Under the pieces are notes generated by a model, which had not been told where the DNA came from, did not search any database, and saw only the letters and a list, made by a program, of their open reading frames with translations. The position numbers were made by a program, and so were the translations under genes. Below, piece after piece: positions 1 through 13,010 of a DNA stretch of 64,000 bases. The stretch covers positions 4,278,001-4,342,000 of the forward strand of contig CDRNST010000214.1 in the NCBI GenBank assembly GCA_977016875.1, read 5' to 3'. Each line of letters begins with the position of its first letter. Positions within the stretch are counted from its first letter, which is position 1. Source of the DNA: Pavona decussata (lineage: Eukaryota).

Positions 1-2610
1 TTAGTAACTCGAGCACTCTATTAATCTTATATAATTGTTACCCTCCCTTCTTAATTCATTGATGGAATGTTTAGTAACCCGCGCACTCTATTAATCTTAT
101 ATTATTGTTACCCTCCCTTCTTAGTTCATTGATGGAATGTTTAGTAACTCGAGCACTCTATTAATCTTATATAATTGTTACCCTCCCCTTTTAATTCATT
201 GATGGAATGTTTAGTAACATACGCTTTCTATTTAATCTTATATTATTGTTACCCTCCCTTCTTAGTTCATTGATGGAATGTTTAGTAACACTCGCACTTT
301 ATTAATCTTATATAATTGTTACTCTCGCCTCATAATTCATTGATCGAATGTTTAGTAACTCGCGCACTCTACTAATCTTATATAATTGTAACCCTCCCTT
401 CTTAGTTCATTGATGGAATGTTTAGTAACTCGCACAGTCTGTTAACCTTATATAATTGTTACCCTCCCCTTTTAATTCATAGATGGAATTTTTAGTAACA
501 TACGCACTCTATTTAATCTTATATTATTGTTACCCTCCCTTCTTAGTCTATCGATGGAATGTTTAGTAACTCGCGCACTTTAATAATAGTATATAATTGT
601 AACCCTCCCTTCTCAATTCATTGATGGAATGTTTAGTAATTTGCGCACTCTATTAAACTTATATAATTGTTACCCTCGCTTCATAATTCATTGATCGAAT
701 GTTTAGTAACTCGCGCACTCTATTAATCGTATATAATTGGTACCCTCCCTTCTCAATTCATTGATGGAATGTTTAGTAATTTGCGCACTCTATTAAACTT
801 ATATAATTGTTACCCTCGCTTCATAATTCATTGATCGAATGTTTAGTAACTCGCGCACTCTATTAATCGTATATAATTGGTACCCTCCCTTCTTAATTCA
901 TTGATGGAATGTTTAGTAACTTGTGCACTCTATTAATCTTATATAATTGTTACCCTCCGTTCTTAGTTCATTGATGGAATGTTTAGTAACTCGCGCACTC
1001 TATTAATCTTATATAATTGTTACCCTCGCTTCATAATTCATTGATCGAATGTTTAGTAACTCGCGCACTCTATTAATCTTATATAATTGTTACCCTCCTT
1101 TCTTAGTTCATTCATGGAATGTTTAGTAACTCGCGCATTCTGTTAATCTTATATAATTGTTACCCTCCCTTCTTAATTCATTGACGGAATGTTTAGTAAC
1201 TCGCGCACTCTATTGATCTTATATAATTGTTACCCTCCCTTCATAATTCATTGATGGAATGTTTAGGAACTCGCGCACTCTATTAATCTTATATTATTGT
1301 TACTCTCCCTTCTTAATTCATTGATGGAATGTTTAGTAACTCGCGCACTCTATTAATCTTATATAATTGTTACCCTCCCTTCTTAATTCATTGATCGAAT
1401 GTTTAGTAACACTCGCATTCTAGTAATCTTATATAATTGTTACCCTCTCTTCTGAATTCATTGATCGAATGTTTAGTAACTCGCGCACTCTATTAATCTT
1501 ATATAATTGTTACCCTTCCATCTTAGTTCATTGATGGAATGTTTAGTAACTCGCGCACTCTGTTAATCTTATATAATTGTTACCTCCGCTTCATAATTCA
1601 TTGATGGAATGTTTAGTAACTCGCGCACTCTATTAATCTTATATAATTGTTACCCTCCCTTCTTAATTCATTGATCGAATGTTTAGTAACTCGCGCACTC
1701 TATTAATCTTATATTATTGTTACCCTCCCTTCTGAATTCATTGATCGAATGTTTAGTAACTCGCGCACTCTATTAATCTTTTATTACTGTTACCGTCCCT
1801 TCTTAGTGCATTGCTGGAATGTTTAGTAACTTGCGCACTCTATTGATTTTATATTTTTGTTACCCTTCTTTCTTAATTCATTGATGGAATGTTTAGTAAC
1901 TCGCGCACTCTATTAATCTTATATAATTATGACCCTCCCCTTTTAATTCATTGATGGAATGTTTAATAACCTGCGTACTCTATTAATAGTATTTAATTGT
2001 TACCCTTCCTTCTTAATTCATTGATTAAAAGTTTAGTAACACGCTCACTCTATTAATCTTTTATATTTTTTAACTTCCCTTCTTAGTTCATTGATGGAAT
2101 GTTTAGTAACTCGCGCAGTCTGTTAACCTTATAATTTTGTTACCCTCCCCTTTTAATTCATTGATGGAATGTTTAGTAACATACGCACTATATTTAATCT
2201 TATATTATTGTTACCCTCCCTTCTTAGTTCATCGATGGAATGTTTAGTAACTCGCGCACTTTAATAATAGTATATAATTGTTACCCTCCCCTCTTAATTC
2301 ATTGATGGACTTTTTAGTAACTCGCGCACTCTATTAATCTTATATAATTGTTACCCTCGCTTCATAATTCATTGATCGATTGTTTAGTAACTCGCGCTCT
2401 CTATTAATCTTATATAATTGTTACCCTCCCTTCTTAATTCATTGATGGAATGTTTAGTAACTCGCGCACTCTATTAATCTAATATTATTGTTACCCTCCC
2501 TTCTGAATTCATTGATGGAATGTTTAGTAATTCGTGCAGTCTATTAATCTTATATTATTGTTACCCTCCCTTCTTAATTCATTGATGGAATGTTTAGTCA
2601 CACGCTCACT
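1..2610. repeat. 70-bp tandem satellite, ~37 monomers (starts before the window; degenerate tail to ~2890)
   Basis: Monomer GTTTAGTAACTCGCGCACTCTATTAATCTTATATAATTGTTACCCTCCCTTCTTAATTCATTGATGGAAT repeats continuously with point variants. Confidence 0.97.
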
Positions 2611-3285
2611 TTACGTTTCGCTTCAATTTAAAATTTATAATTTGTTTTGGAACACACGCACCCCATTAGTCTTACATAAACATCATCATTCCTTGCTCTA
2701 ATTAATTGATTTATCAGTTATTTGCTATCACCGAGCCTCCATTGACCTCATATAATCATTACCATCCCTTTCTGAGTTCAGTTGTAAGTTGTTTGCCAAC
2801 CGTGCACTCTTCTAATCTTTGTTTTATAATTACAGCCATTCCTTTCCAGTTATTTGATCGGTCGTTTAGTAACACGCGCACTTTACTTATCTAATTGTCA
2901 TTTATCCTTATTATTTATAATATACCTAAATTTCTTCTGAAATGAAATTGGTACACTAGATAATAGAAAGGAATTATATTGAGTATTTGGATGGAGCGGT
3001 TTTTCTCTGGTTCTCGCAATTATGAGCGGTTATGCTAGTTTTTTTCCCATTTGCCACAATTGATTGAAAATATCGCCGAAATGCCAGAGAATGACCTACT
3101 CTTTTTTTTAACTATCAAGTCATCTACTGGAGATGTAACTTAGGGATCTATTCCTGTGATTACTGGTTACATATTTTTCTTTTGTGATTCTAATAAATCA
3201 GAACCGCGGTTTGGCACAGTCTGTAGGTGTTATTCTTAAACTTTTGAAACTCCAGTGAAGAAGCGCTCCACAAGGACTCTGTTAA

Positions 3286-3298
3286 GGACGGTGCTTAA

Positions 3299-3330
<32 letters not shown>

Positions 3331-3677
3331 GAGATACTCGGGTTTTCTATGGGTGGTGCCTACTAATACAGGGATAATTTTGCATGGTTTAAAACTATAG
3401 GGAGAAAGCAGAACTTAGCAAGTGCTATTGGTATCTTAAATGAAAATTAGGGGTAACCATGTATCTTTCAGGGATAATTAAGCTTCAATTTAGGAACAAA
3501 ATCCCATACATTGCTTTATATTTTGGCGCCTTTTAGAGATATTATTGCTTAATTATCTCTGAAAAATGAGTGGTTACCCCCAGTATTCTTTTTGGATTCC
3601 AAGAGGCCGCTATGATCTGTTTTTCCCGCATAGTCATAAGCCGCAAAAAAATACTTCGTTATTAGTAGGCACCGTCC
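3286..3677. mobile_element. Non-autonomous DNA transposon (MITE), Kolobok-like
   Basis: TIR GGACGGTGC...GCACCGTCC flanked by TTAA on both sides (3282-3285, 3678-3681). RR...YY termini with a TTAA target site fit Kolobok better than piggyBac. A related fragment lies at ~36675-36784. Confidence 0.7.
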
Positions 3678-6607
3678 TTAAACAGATTATTCGGTAAGTA
3701 GTTTTACTGCGAGTATAATGTTAAACAATTGTTATTTTAAAAAGAAAGAAGAACAGCGTCTGGTCCACCATAATGATCTTGTGCTGGTTATATATGCCTT
3801 TGCGTGAGCTGAAAGAGTTTCTCATCTGGTCTGGCCGGCCGACGATTCTGGAGTTTTAAAAAGTCCCCTGGGGCATAGCTGCATGTAATGGTGAATTTAA
3901 GAATTAGCCTGAAAACAGCTGAGATTTGTTTTGTTAAAGATAAATTAAGAGGGAAAGCCCATCACAAAAAATCAAAGAAAAAATAAGCCGAGAGAAAAAC
4001 GCCTAGTTATTTTAGTTCATTATTCAGTGGCAGGTCTCTTACACACAGAATATTAATCGTGATAAAGGTGCCTTATACACATTAATTAAAACAACAAAAT
4101 CCCCTTGGAAAAAAAACAACGACAACGACAACGATGTGCGCCGTTCTTAAAACTCTTATTTTAGTGTTGAAAACCCTTGGGAAACTCCATACACTTCCTT
4201 TGTGGCGTATGGACACGAGTTTGGGTGTTGAGATTAGTACAGTACGTACCTGTGTTTCACTCATTATATTGAGTTATTATGCTTTTAGTATCCGAGCTGG
4301 TAGTCCACAAACTGAATCTGGTCGTTGTCAGCTGCGTTGAACTGTAAGAATAAAGGTACAGAGTCACCGTTTTTTGAATTTACCCCATTCGCAATAGTTT
4401 CAATTGTTACAAAACTCTCTCACTCCTCCCAAGGGAAGAATGAATTGATGTAAAGTGCAATGGAGTTTTAATCGAGTGCTTCACTAAAAAAGATGAAAAG
4501 GAGACAAATTTGGAAAGATCGGACCTTACTTCTTTTTTTTTTTTTTTTTTGTACATTGCGGAGATCAAACAGTAGTTTTAACCATTTCTAAAACAGGTAA
4601 AGAAAATGCAGCAATGGGACTCTACTTTTATAAAATGTTACGTGATTTCAACTTTTCTTGGATTTAATGACGTTGACATACCTGTAATTCGTATGAGTCG
4701 CTTTTGGTCATCCGTTCATTCTCTACCTCATCCTACAGAAGGTCTGAACACTGTCTGAGCAATACCATTCTTCAGGCTAGTTTTTCTTGAATGTGGTTGA
4801 GCTTGGACCGCATGCCGGGAAACCATCCTCTCCCTCCTTTCTTCAAAGTTTCACCTAGGAGTCAAGAAAATGTTTCTGAAACTATTCAAACGTGTTTTGA
4901 TTTAAGTAACGTCTTTTAAGAGGCGTGGCGATCCAGATGGACTTTCCTCGGTCGTGAAGCAATCGGCATTATACTGATGATGAGAACGACACTACCGTAC
5001 TTAGCCGGATTGTAGAAACACATGGTTTGTTGTTTTAGCTATAAAGTCGTTAAAGAAATGATTTGAATGAAACTATTGGAAGGAAAGGTTCCAGGCGAAT
5101 AACAAAAATTTAGTCATTTATTTCATATACAAGCTTTTCCTCTCATAGTCTCCAACAACCGTCTGCTCACTTTCTTAAAGCTAAGAAATTCTGACGTACC
5201 TTTAATTTATTAACCTTGTGCACAAGATTGTGGATTGTTGGTAGACTCGCGACTGCCATTCTTCATTGAATAATCACCTGCACCAATCTGCAATTAAAAC
5301 TGTTCGCAGCATATAAATGAAATAATATTATTGCCAATAAACAGGTTCTCAAGTTCTCCGTTCTTCAATGTTGAAAGTCCGTATGAAACGTGGACCTCGG
5401 CTCTGCCATGTGTTGATGCGAGTGTGATTCATGAAATAAGCACAATTACACTCTTGTATTGAGGAACAGATTAAAAATCGTTTGAATGATTGTAGAAAGG
5501 AAAGTTTTCAGTCACATACACATCGTTTCGGCTAGTAATCCTCGACGACCGTACACTCAGTTTCAGACATAACTTCAGTATCCAACGACTTCGACTTCTT
5601 TCTGTGAATAAAACTGTTTACAAGATAATGTAGCAACATATAAATGATATAATATCACTGTCAATGAAACACGGCCTAGAATCTGGTATAATTATTGCGT
5701 GCAAGTAGTTTAACACAAGCAGTAATTTAATTATCGCGCGTATCAGTTGCGCCGCGTACGCGCTCGCGCAGTTGTAGGCGTCGCGCGTGTTCACTCTCTC
5801 TCACACACTCTCGTGCATTCACTCCACAAGGACACACACTACTGACACAAACAACAAGTATAACAAACACAACAAACATACACTACATGCATGGGGAAGG
5901 AAATAATTAGGAGTTGAAGAAGGTAAGAGAAGAAGAAATAGTGGTATAAGGCTCTAGTGTTTAGAAAGAAAAGGAATCGAGCCTTGAATTCAGTCCTCGG
6001 TTTTAACATCAAGAGAAACATGGGACATGGTGTAAGAAGAGAAATATGCCCTTGGACATGTCAGTTAGAAATCAGAAGACAAGTGAGGAGTTAAAGAGTC
6101 CACCCGAAGATTAAAGAGTAACTCTAGAGGGTAATAAGAACTCTGAGAGTGAATAATATAATATCATATTGATTGAGTTGGAACTCTAAAAGAAATAATA
6201 TGGAGGGTGAGAAAGTCTGGAGTGCAGTACAGTGTTGATTTAGTAGAGGCATCGTATGGTATATCCAGGAGCAGTATGTCTAGATAGCAGTATCTTCTTA
6301 CTGCGGGGATTCTCTCATTGTGCTAGCCAGGGCGCCAGAAATCACTCTGAGGAACTCCAACAAAGGCAAAACAGAACAGTAACACCTGCCATTGTAACCA
6401 GCTTCCTCTGCATACGCGGGAAGTGTGTCGCTACTATAGCGGTCTCTTGATTCATGTGCGTCATTGTAGTAGAAAATGGTGTGCATCCAGGTAAATTCGA
6501 AAGGCAATGCGGCTTGTTGACGTCGCAGTCTAAACACTTGCAAGTATTTCAGCTACACCTCTTGACCATGAAGTGAGCTGTCCTAAAAAAAGAAAAGCGT
6601 GGAGCAT

Positions 6608-7252
6608 TTATGAGAGTGCTAACTTGCCGCATGGTCAGAATACCCATCACGTGACTTCTACTTGGTGCTCCGTGTGTTGGAAAAAAAATTGTATTAGCTG
6701 CACTACGACGACAAGGCACTAAAATGGGTCGCGCGATAAGAAGGCGAGAAGACAATAATGGTATATTAAAAAGATCGCAAAAGATGATAACGACAGCTGC
6801 GCGCGGTATGTCGATGGATGTTGCGCAGCGAGTCGATGAGCATGCATTTACGTATGTAAGGCATGATAAGATATCGACAATGATCGTGGAAGATGATGGA
6901 CCGCAGTTTATGTAAAGTTTACGGCAGTTATGAGAGGGCTAACTTGTCGCATGGTCAGAATATCCATCACGTGACTTCTACTTGGTGCTCCGTGTGTTGG
7001 AAAAAATTGTATTAGCTACACCACAAGGACAAGGCACCAAAATGGGTTACGCGATAAGAGAAGTGAATGCGGCGAGAAGACAATAATGATATATAAAGAT
7101 CGCAAAACATGACAACGACAGTTGCGCGCTGTATGTCGATGGATGTTGCATAGCGAGTCGATGAGCATACATTTACGTATGTAGGGCATGATAAGGTATA
7201 GACAAAGATCGCAGAAGACGATGGACCGCAATTTATGTAAAGTTTACGGCAG
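6608..7252. repeat. Diverged tandem duplication of a ~320-bp unit
   Basis: TTATGAGAG.GCTAACTTG.CGCATGGTCAGAATA.CCATCACGTGACTTCTACTTGG...TTTATGTAAAGTTTACGGCAG occurs at ~6608-6927 and ~6928-7252. Confidence 0.9.
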
Positions 7253-8539
7253 CGCACCAGCATCGATTGCAACGCGTGTACTGAGATAGTGTAGTTAGTA
7301 GATCGCATAAGAGACTGCGGATGGTGCAATGGATCAAACTGCACGATAGATATAAGACAGCCGGTTAGTTTGCGAAAGATGACGGATACGAATCGGCGTA
7401 GATAAGACGGATATCGAAATGAATTGCGGATTGAAATGGCGAATTACATTTCGCATAGGAAATTCCTTCGAAAAAAACACGCAACCGCTTACACAACGGT
7501 CACGTTAATCTCGGAGTTGTGTGCATAACTTACCCAAATTGAGAGAGTAATGGAAATGTGACGGAGAACGAAGCCGTTTAGTTACAGAAGATGATAATGA
7601 TGCGGGTAGATGAGCAATGGGTGCGAAACGATAAGTGCTCTAAGTTTTGAGCAAATGAGCGTTGAAAATTGAATTGCCAAGATGGAAACGAAGAGTCCGG
7701 TCAGTTATAGGTTGCATCGAAACACGCAAAAACACGCAATCGTCTGTGAGTTTTACACGATATGCTGTATGCATATGAAGAGTGAACAGGAGACGATGGA
7801 TGTGGTAAGTGGATCGAACTGTACAAACGATAGAAGTAAGGACATTATCTACAAAACGATGACAAATGCATAAAACCAGAATGCATGAGGATCTTTGCGG
7901 ATTTGGAATTGCCATTTGCTTCTGAGTGACTTGCATGAAGCAAGCGCGGAACCGTCTGTAGCCTGCGTAAGTTGATGCATGCATGTAAATTGAGTAGGAG
8001 ACGTCTGAAGATGTAGATGACTTAATAAAAGCAATTCCTGACGAGATTATACACTCGACGTCGGCGTCTTCAGGTAGGAAAAATGATCGCACAAGTTGAG
8101 TTATTCGGATAGTGATTCCAGGTGTATATGAGATGATCACGAAATGCGCGGGCGTGTAGAAAAAGCAACGACAAGCGTAAATTGAATATCGATGATGATG
8201 ACTGTGGTTGAATGTGAAACGATATAAACCGTTATCAGAATAACGAAATGAAGCAGTTTCTGAATTCATTCTCGACAGTATGTAGTTGAGGTTTCTGAAA
8301 TCTGCGGATTCGTCAGCATTTCCGGACAGTATTATGTTTGAAGACCGAGATGAAGGGTTTTTGATTAATGATCATCTTGGCTGAAATTGTAAGTCTGACG
8401 TAGCCAAAAAACAAGGCGCCAAGGGCCAGAGGTAGTCAATAGCTTTGTATTAGACATCTCGGAACTTGGAATCATCCAGTTTCTTGCAAGCTATAGTATT
8501 AGTTGTACCTGTAACAAAATAGTTAGTAGAGGGTGCTGA

Positions 8540-8878
8540 CGATAATAATGATGACAATGATGGTGGCGGTGATGAAGGTGATGATGATGATGACGATGAT
8601 GATGATAACGATGATGTGATGGTAGTGATGATGATGATGACGATGGTGATGGTGGGACTAACGATGATGATGATGATTACTGGAAATAATTATTAGTTTT
8701 CAGTAGATATGAAATGAAAACAGAGGTGTAGTAGACTGAAATGTACAGCCTTTCAGTATTGGAGAAAGTCGGCATAAGTATAAGCACTCAGCTCAAACCC
8801 CTTAGGTATGGTTTTAATCAAACAGGTCAGGTGTTCAACCAAGACACCATAGTTTCAATAAAGATCTCAGTAAAACGG

Positions 8879-8918
<40 letters not shown>

Positions 8919-9145
8919 AATGATGGTGGTGGTGGGACTAACAATGACGATGATGACTGGAAATGCTTCTTAGATTTCATTAGCTATGACATCAAAAAAG
9001 AGTTACAGAGGCGGAAATATAGAGTCGGGAACATTGGAGAAAAGTTGCAAAAGTACAAGCACTCAGCCAAAACCCCTTAGGTATGGTTTTAACCCAACAG
9101 GTCAGGTGCTCAAGCAAGACACAATAAAAATCTCAGTGAAACGGG
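8540..9145. repeat. (GAT)n microsatellites within a diverged ~300-bp duplication
   Basis: GAT tracts at ~8545-8678 and 8878-8955, each followed by a similar unique block (AAGCACTCAG..AAACCCCTTAGGTATGGTTTTAA..AACAGGTCAGGTG). Confidence 0.9.
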
Positions 9146-10685
9146 GACCAGTTACGCTTTGCACTGTAAACGTTTGGTTTCCTTTCAAGGCTGTAATAGA
9201 CTAAGTCTCTAACCAGGGCATAAGATTTTCTCAGTGTAATGACTGTGAGGTAGACATTGCACAGGAATAGGCCTGTCACTCAAGTTTATAGCAGTGAAGA
9301 ACAGAAAGGATTAAAGACAAGCGTAGTCATTCCTGGTATTTATTTGTGGAAGATTTACGAAAAGCCAACAGCTTTCAAGTGAGAGACCTGACTAACAACA
9401 GCACCTGGCTCTCCAGGGATGGTCTTAATGCCAACTATTCCACCTCATCAAATATTCACGTTACAGAACTCACAACAGGTAACACCTTCTGACCTTGTAT
9501 TCCACAGTGGATGAAAAGGATTGAGCTGAGTTAGAGTACTTACGTAACTTATTGTCAAGAAAGAAAGGAATGTGCTTGGCAATAGAGACCTTAAGACAGT
9601 GTTAAGTAACTGAAGGCACATATTTCAGAGGTAACAGGATACAAAAAGACCCAAACAGCGCTCAAGTTCAAAGTAAGTTGTAAGAGGAAAGGACGGGAAA
9701 ACTGCTGTCTTCTATCCGCATTAGCGGTGCAGCAATCTTAGAACCGAAAAAGGAGGAGGAAAACACTCTCATATCACCTTAAATATATCTTGACAACATC
9801 AGCGTTTAGCAAGGCCAAGATCATTTTCCAGAAAGCAGCTTAACAAAGAAGTTAAGCAGGAAAATGAGCAGTTACCATTAAGAATCTGAGAGAAGTCAGT
9901 GTTTGGACGGGGGATAGAAGTTTAAAGGGGCTTACAAATGTTGAACTTAGAAACCAGGTTGTTAAGGCCACAGTATTATGAAGAGGAAACTCCTATTGAA
10001 AGGATGTGAGCGTAGATGGGGGGCAAAGAAAACTTGTTTTGTTTAGAAAATAAGAAAACGAGAAATTCGATCGAAGCGTAGATAGAACAATGTACAGAGT
10101 AGAAAAGCATTTTTTCTTCAAAGGAAGAAAAAGTGTAAACAAATGGGAAGACAATAACATAAAGAAATAGAACAGAGAAGAGACGAGAAGGAAGAGAATA
10201 GGAATGCTGAATGCTGCCAAAAGTAAAACCTTAAAGGCGGGAAAATCCGTGAAAGGGCTCAAGGTGCGTCGAGAAAGCTAAGGAGAAATTTGATAAAGGT
10301 TTGACCAGGCATTAATCAGACGTCGAATTAGAGATGAGCTCCAAACTTAAGAGAAAGCTGAAGTGAAAAACAAAGCTGAAGACTACATGTGGCACCAGAT
10401 CCACGTCACAGATACAAAAGAGACAACAGCAAGTGTAGCCTGAAGCATTTACGAATACATCCGATGTAGCAGTCCGCTCCTTTACTGTGTGTTTCTTCTC
10501 CTAGGTCAGTTAACATGTTTGCTGGTCTTCTGTTCTTCTGGAGTATTTCTTCCCAACTTCACAATTCGTTCGAAGGCCTTTGTGTCTTCCTTGTGATTTT
10601 GTGTTCCAACCGCCCAGGTTTTTCCTTGTTCAAAGCGATCATTACAAACTGTTGCTCTCCATTTCCTTAATAACTAGTCCCTAAG

Positions 10686-10740
10686 AGTACGCGACCAGTC
10701 CATGGGAAGCAAGGTGTCCCATGAACCCCCGCACCACTCT
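10686..10740 (-). other. Conserved hairpin motif, copy 1 (putative structured RNA)
   Basis: - strand AGAGUG-GUGCG-GGG-GUUCAUGGGA-[CACCUUGCU]-UCCCAUGGAC-UGGU-CGCGU-ACUCU. Confidence 0.7.
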
Positions 10741-10995
10741 GTTTAATTATTAACTCGGTTAAAATTAAAATTAGGCTAAGATTGAATTTTCTGATGTTTC
10801 CTGCGTCTTCATGTTTCCTCTGCTGAATCTTCTCACGAGGATGGCTCCTTAGATTTTCCTTGCCTCCAATGTTCTTGTTGTGTCTTCCTGAAATTGTCTT
10901 GATTTCCATGGTTTGTCTTTCATGCATTTACTACGTACCGTTTTTTCTTGCCAGGATTCCTGATCTGCAATGAATTTTCCCTACATGCAACCTGT

Positions 10996-11046
10996 GCGGT
11001 GGCCGACCCATGGGACTTAAGATATCCCATGAATCCCCGCTCCACC
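10996..11046 (-). other. Conserved hairpin motif, copy 2 (most diverged)
   Basis: - strand GUGGAGCG-GGG-AUUCAUGGGA-[UAUCUUAAG]-UCCCAUGGGU-CGGCCACCGC. Confidence 0.6.
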
Positions 11047-11337
11047 CGTATTACTTGACTTAAAATTATGTTGATTATTATGGGAAGTATTAAATAAAGT
11101 CTTCTTTTTCTTCCTGTTAGCCCTTCTGGCTTTGTCATATCTTTTCTTGCTGTCTTAACAGGTCTTCCCTGCCAGTGTTTTACTCCTCCCCAGCTGTCCA
11201 CCGATGCAATCGGGATTTCTGGTCATTTATGCATAGCTTCCATTGTCACGTTCTTGCTGATATTCTTGATCTTGCTTTCTGATCCAGTTTTAGAGCCTTA
11301 TTACTAAATTACATCAAACAATTAATAGAAGGCAAAT

Positions 11338-11390
11338 AGTGCGCGACCAGCCCATGGAATGAAAAGTATTCCATGAGCCCCCGCACCACT
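11338..11390 (-). other. Conserved hairpin motif, copy 3
   Basis: - strand AGUG-GUGCG-GGG-GCUCAUGGAAU-[ACUUUUC]-AUUCCAUGGGC-UGGU-CGCGC-ACU. Confidence 0.7.
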
Positions 11391-11764
11391 GTTGCAAAAT
11401 TTTAACATGGAAACTGACTTTCTTTAAAAGTTAAACTTGTAAAGTCCAGGAAAAACTTTTTGGCTTCTTCCGACACTCTTGCTTTCATTTTATCCCGAGA
11501 GATGTCTTCTTATAGTCATCTATGTTTCTACCATTCCTCCTTTTTGACTTGTTTCTTCCTGTTTCTGATGCCTTTCAGCGCGTTTTTCTTTCTTTTTTAT
11601 TTATCAAGAAGAATTACAGAAGATATCGAACCTCACGAGAGCGTCTCCGTAGCAAAGACCACAGAAAACCCCTTGAGCCCTTCAGAGCAAACAGACCAAA
11701 AGGTGAACAGAGCAAAAAGAAAAATAGCTTAAGTGAACTGAGTTCAAAAGTCAACAGGTTTCTT

Positions 11765-11938
11765 NNNNNNNNNNNNNNNNNNNNNNNNNNNNNNNNNNNN
11801 NNNNNNNNNNNNNNNNNNNNNNNNNNNNNNNNNNNNNNNNNNNNNNNNNNNNNNNNNNNNNNNNNNNNNNNNNNNNNNNNNNNNNNNNNNNNNNNNNNNN
11901 NNNNNNNNNNNNNNNNNNNNNNNNNNNNNNNNNNNNNN
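11765..11938. other. Assembly gap (N run)
   Basis: Run of N. Confidence 1.
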
Positions 11939-12045
11939 GTTCTTGTTCTCGTTCTTGTTCTTGTTCTTCTTCTTGTTCTTCTTGTTCTTGTTCTTGTTCT
12001 TCTTGTTCTTCTTGTTCTTCTTCTTCTTGTTCTTCTTCTTCTTCT
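11939..12045. repeat. (TTC/TTG)n trinucleotide microsatellite next to the gap
   Basis: TTCTTGTTCTTC... tract. Confidence 0.95.
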
Positions 12046-12311
12046 GCTTCAGAATACTCTCTTCAGTTCTCTGATTTTGTTCATCGCACTTCGGTTTCTT
12101 TTCTATTCGACGTTCTTTCTTGCTCCCGAGTCTTGTGATCTTCACTTTTGTCGAGCAGATTTAACTAATTAAATAGGCATGGTCAGCTTACTGGATGCTA
12201 GTCATCCCAAGAACTACTACTAACTCCACAAAAAACATGTTAATGTTCCTTAAAATAATTTTGTTTTCTAAGGTATTAATTAATGTATGTTAAAAGTTAT
12301 GTAAGCAACTT

Positions 12312-12359
12312 ACGCGACCAGTCCATGTGATGTCTAACATCACATGAACTCCCGCATCT
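12312..12359 (-). other. Conserved hairpin motif, copy 4
   Basis: - strand AG-AUGCG-GGA-GUUCAUGUGAUG-[UUAGA]-CAUCACAUGGAC-UGGU-CGCGU. Confidence 0.7.
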
Positions 12360-13010
12360 AATCTATTTATTTACTTAATATTAATGATTTATTTCTATTT
12401 ATTGCTATTTTATCCACCCACCCCACCATAAAGTAACCCAGCTACCCACCCCAGGGAGAAAAATAGGATTAAGCAACCTTAATATGAAATCTTTGTTACG
12501 ATATTAACACTGGAACAACAAAATAAAAATATGTACTCTTAAGTAGTTTAATTCTTAAGCAAGACAGAAGTGGAAAGAAAGCTATCAACCTATCGTAACA
12601 GGAAAGCTATGAGCCTACAGTTTGATCAAAATTCAATATCGGTGCTGTGAAAGCTGCGTTTTCACAAGTGAAAAAGCGAATCGGGAAAAATTACGGAAAA
12701 AATCGCAATAAAAATGTATCCTGAGACAGAAATGTACGCGATTGATCGATTACAAGAGAGGACAGAAAACTACAAGCCTACAGTAACGGATCGAAATTCT
12801 GTAGCAAAAGCGGTCTTCACAGGAAAAAAAGCGAATGAAACGCCAATCGCGGAAGAAAACGTCGCAATCAAAATGTGTAAAGCGGGCAAAAATTATCAGC
12901 TATAAGAGAGGCAACGCCTACAATACCAGATATAAACGGAATTCCCGTGATTAAACTGATTATCCACAAGACAAAAAACGAATCGAAATGGTCTTCACGG
13001 AAAAAAGTTC

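Noticed and set aside
1-2610. CRISPR-like array
   Set aside because: Monomers are contiguous with no unique spacers, the context is eukaryotic, and there are no cas genes.
6350-6420. GPCR TM6-like peptide (RKLVTMAGVTVLFCLCW) on the - strand
   Set aside because: It lacks the following Pro and the other TM segments, and stops follow; probably chance.
10670-10740. Helitron 3' end (hairpin followed by CTAG)
   Set aside because: CTAG follows only copy 1 of the hairpin. The other three lack a CTRR at a comparable position, so this cannot explain the array.
11522-12172. 216-aa and 133-aa ORFs
   Set aside because: They span an N gap and a trinucleotide microsatellite, so their length is an artefact.
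10686-12359. SECIS, hammerhead or HDV ribozyme identity for the hairpins
   Set aside because: No AUGA/GA quartet in SECIS geometry, no CUGAUGA/GAAA core, and no nested double pseudoknot is evident.
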